A stretch of 63,827 nt of DNA, counting the filler, from Octopus bimaculoides (Eukaryota): the NCBI RefSeq assembly GCF_001194135.2. It is 6 parts of 5 records of this genome, joined end to end, with 100 filler letters (N's around TTAATTAATTAA, not from the genome) between each part and the next. Parts side by side here need not be neighbours in the genome. Positions count along the whole stretch, not along the records: positions 62,765 to 63,827 come from NC_068986.1; 5 more parts are not named here. One strand, given 5' to 3'. A program made the translations under genes and the position numbers. The notes below the pieces were generated by a model. The model was not told the DNA's origin and did no database searches. It saw nothing but the letters and a program-made list of their open reading frames with translations. Shown piece by piece: positions 63,530 to 63,827 of the stretch (its first letter is position 1; each line of letters opens with the position of its first letter).

Positions 63530-63827
63530 CTTACTCTCTCTCTCTTACTTGTTTCAGTCATTTGACTGCGGCCATGCTGGAGCACTGCCTTTAGTCGAGC
63601 AAATCGACCCCAGGACTTATTTTTTGTAAGCCTAGTACTTATTCTATCGGTCTCTTTTGCCGAACCGCTAAGTTACAGGGACGTAAACACACCAGCATCG
63701 GTTGTCAAGCGATGTTGGGGGGACAAACACAGACACACACACATATATATACATATATACGACGGGCTTCTTTCAGTTTCCGTCTACCAAATCCACTCAC
63801 AAAGCTTTGGTCGGCCCGAGGCTATAG
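63530..63827 (-). mobile_element. SINE family B (runs off window end)
   Basis: ttacttgtttcagtcatttgactgcggccatgctggagcac..ggtcggcccgaggctatag. Confidence 0.92.

Overview
This is AT-rich, microsatellite-dense eukaryotic scaffold sequence. Its SINE families, transposon mix and N-TTAATTAATTAA-N gap linkers look like an Octopus (coleoid cephalopod) assembly; the species is inferred, not proven. There are no prokaryotic features, CRISPR arrays, rRNA or intact tRNA genes. Two host protein-coding fragments lie on the + strand. The first is three 5' coding exons of a dipeptidyl peptidase IV (DPP4, S9B) family gene (27850-28012, 32523-32620, 37878-37952) with a possibly cleavable signal peptide. The second is one exon of a fibrinogen-related domain (FReD) gene (51372-51766) carrying an approximately 10-aa insertion. 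The rest is mostly decayed mobile DNA: Tx1/L1, CR1-group, RTE and R4/Dong LINEs, Penelope-like elements, a Helitron, pogo/mariner/Tc1 relics, a Gypsy integrase fragment, TIR elements and three tRNA-derived SINE families. The most notable structures are two minimal, probably dimer-dependent hammerhead ribozyme motifs (11639-11674 with a non-canonical A6-to-U core, and 52766-52811), several long fold-back inverted repeats, and a 25-nt micro-exon candidate that could join the DPP4 N-terminal exons to the FReD exon in frame. Repeat boundaries and identities were read by eye and are approximate.
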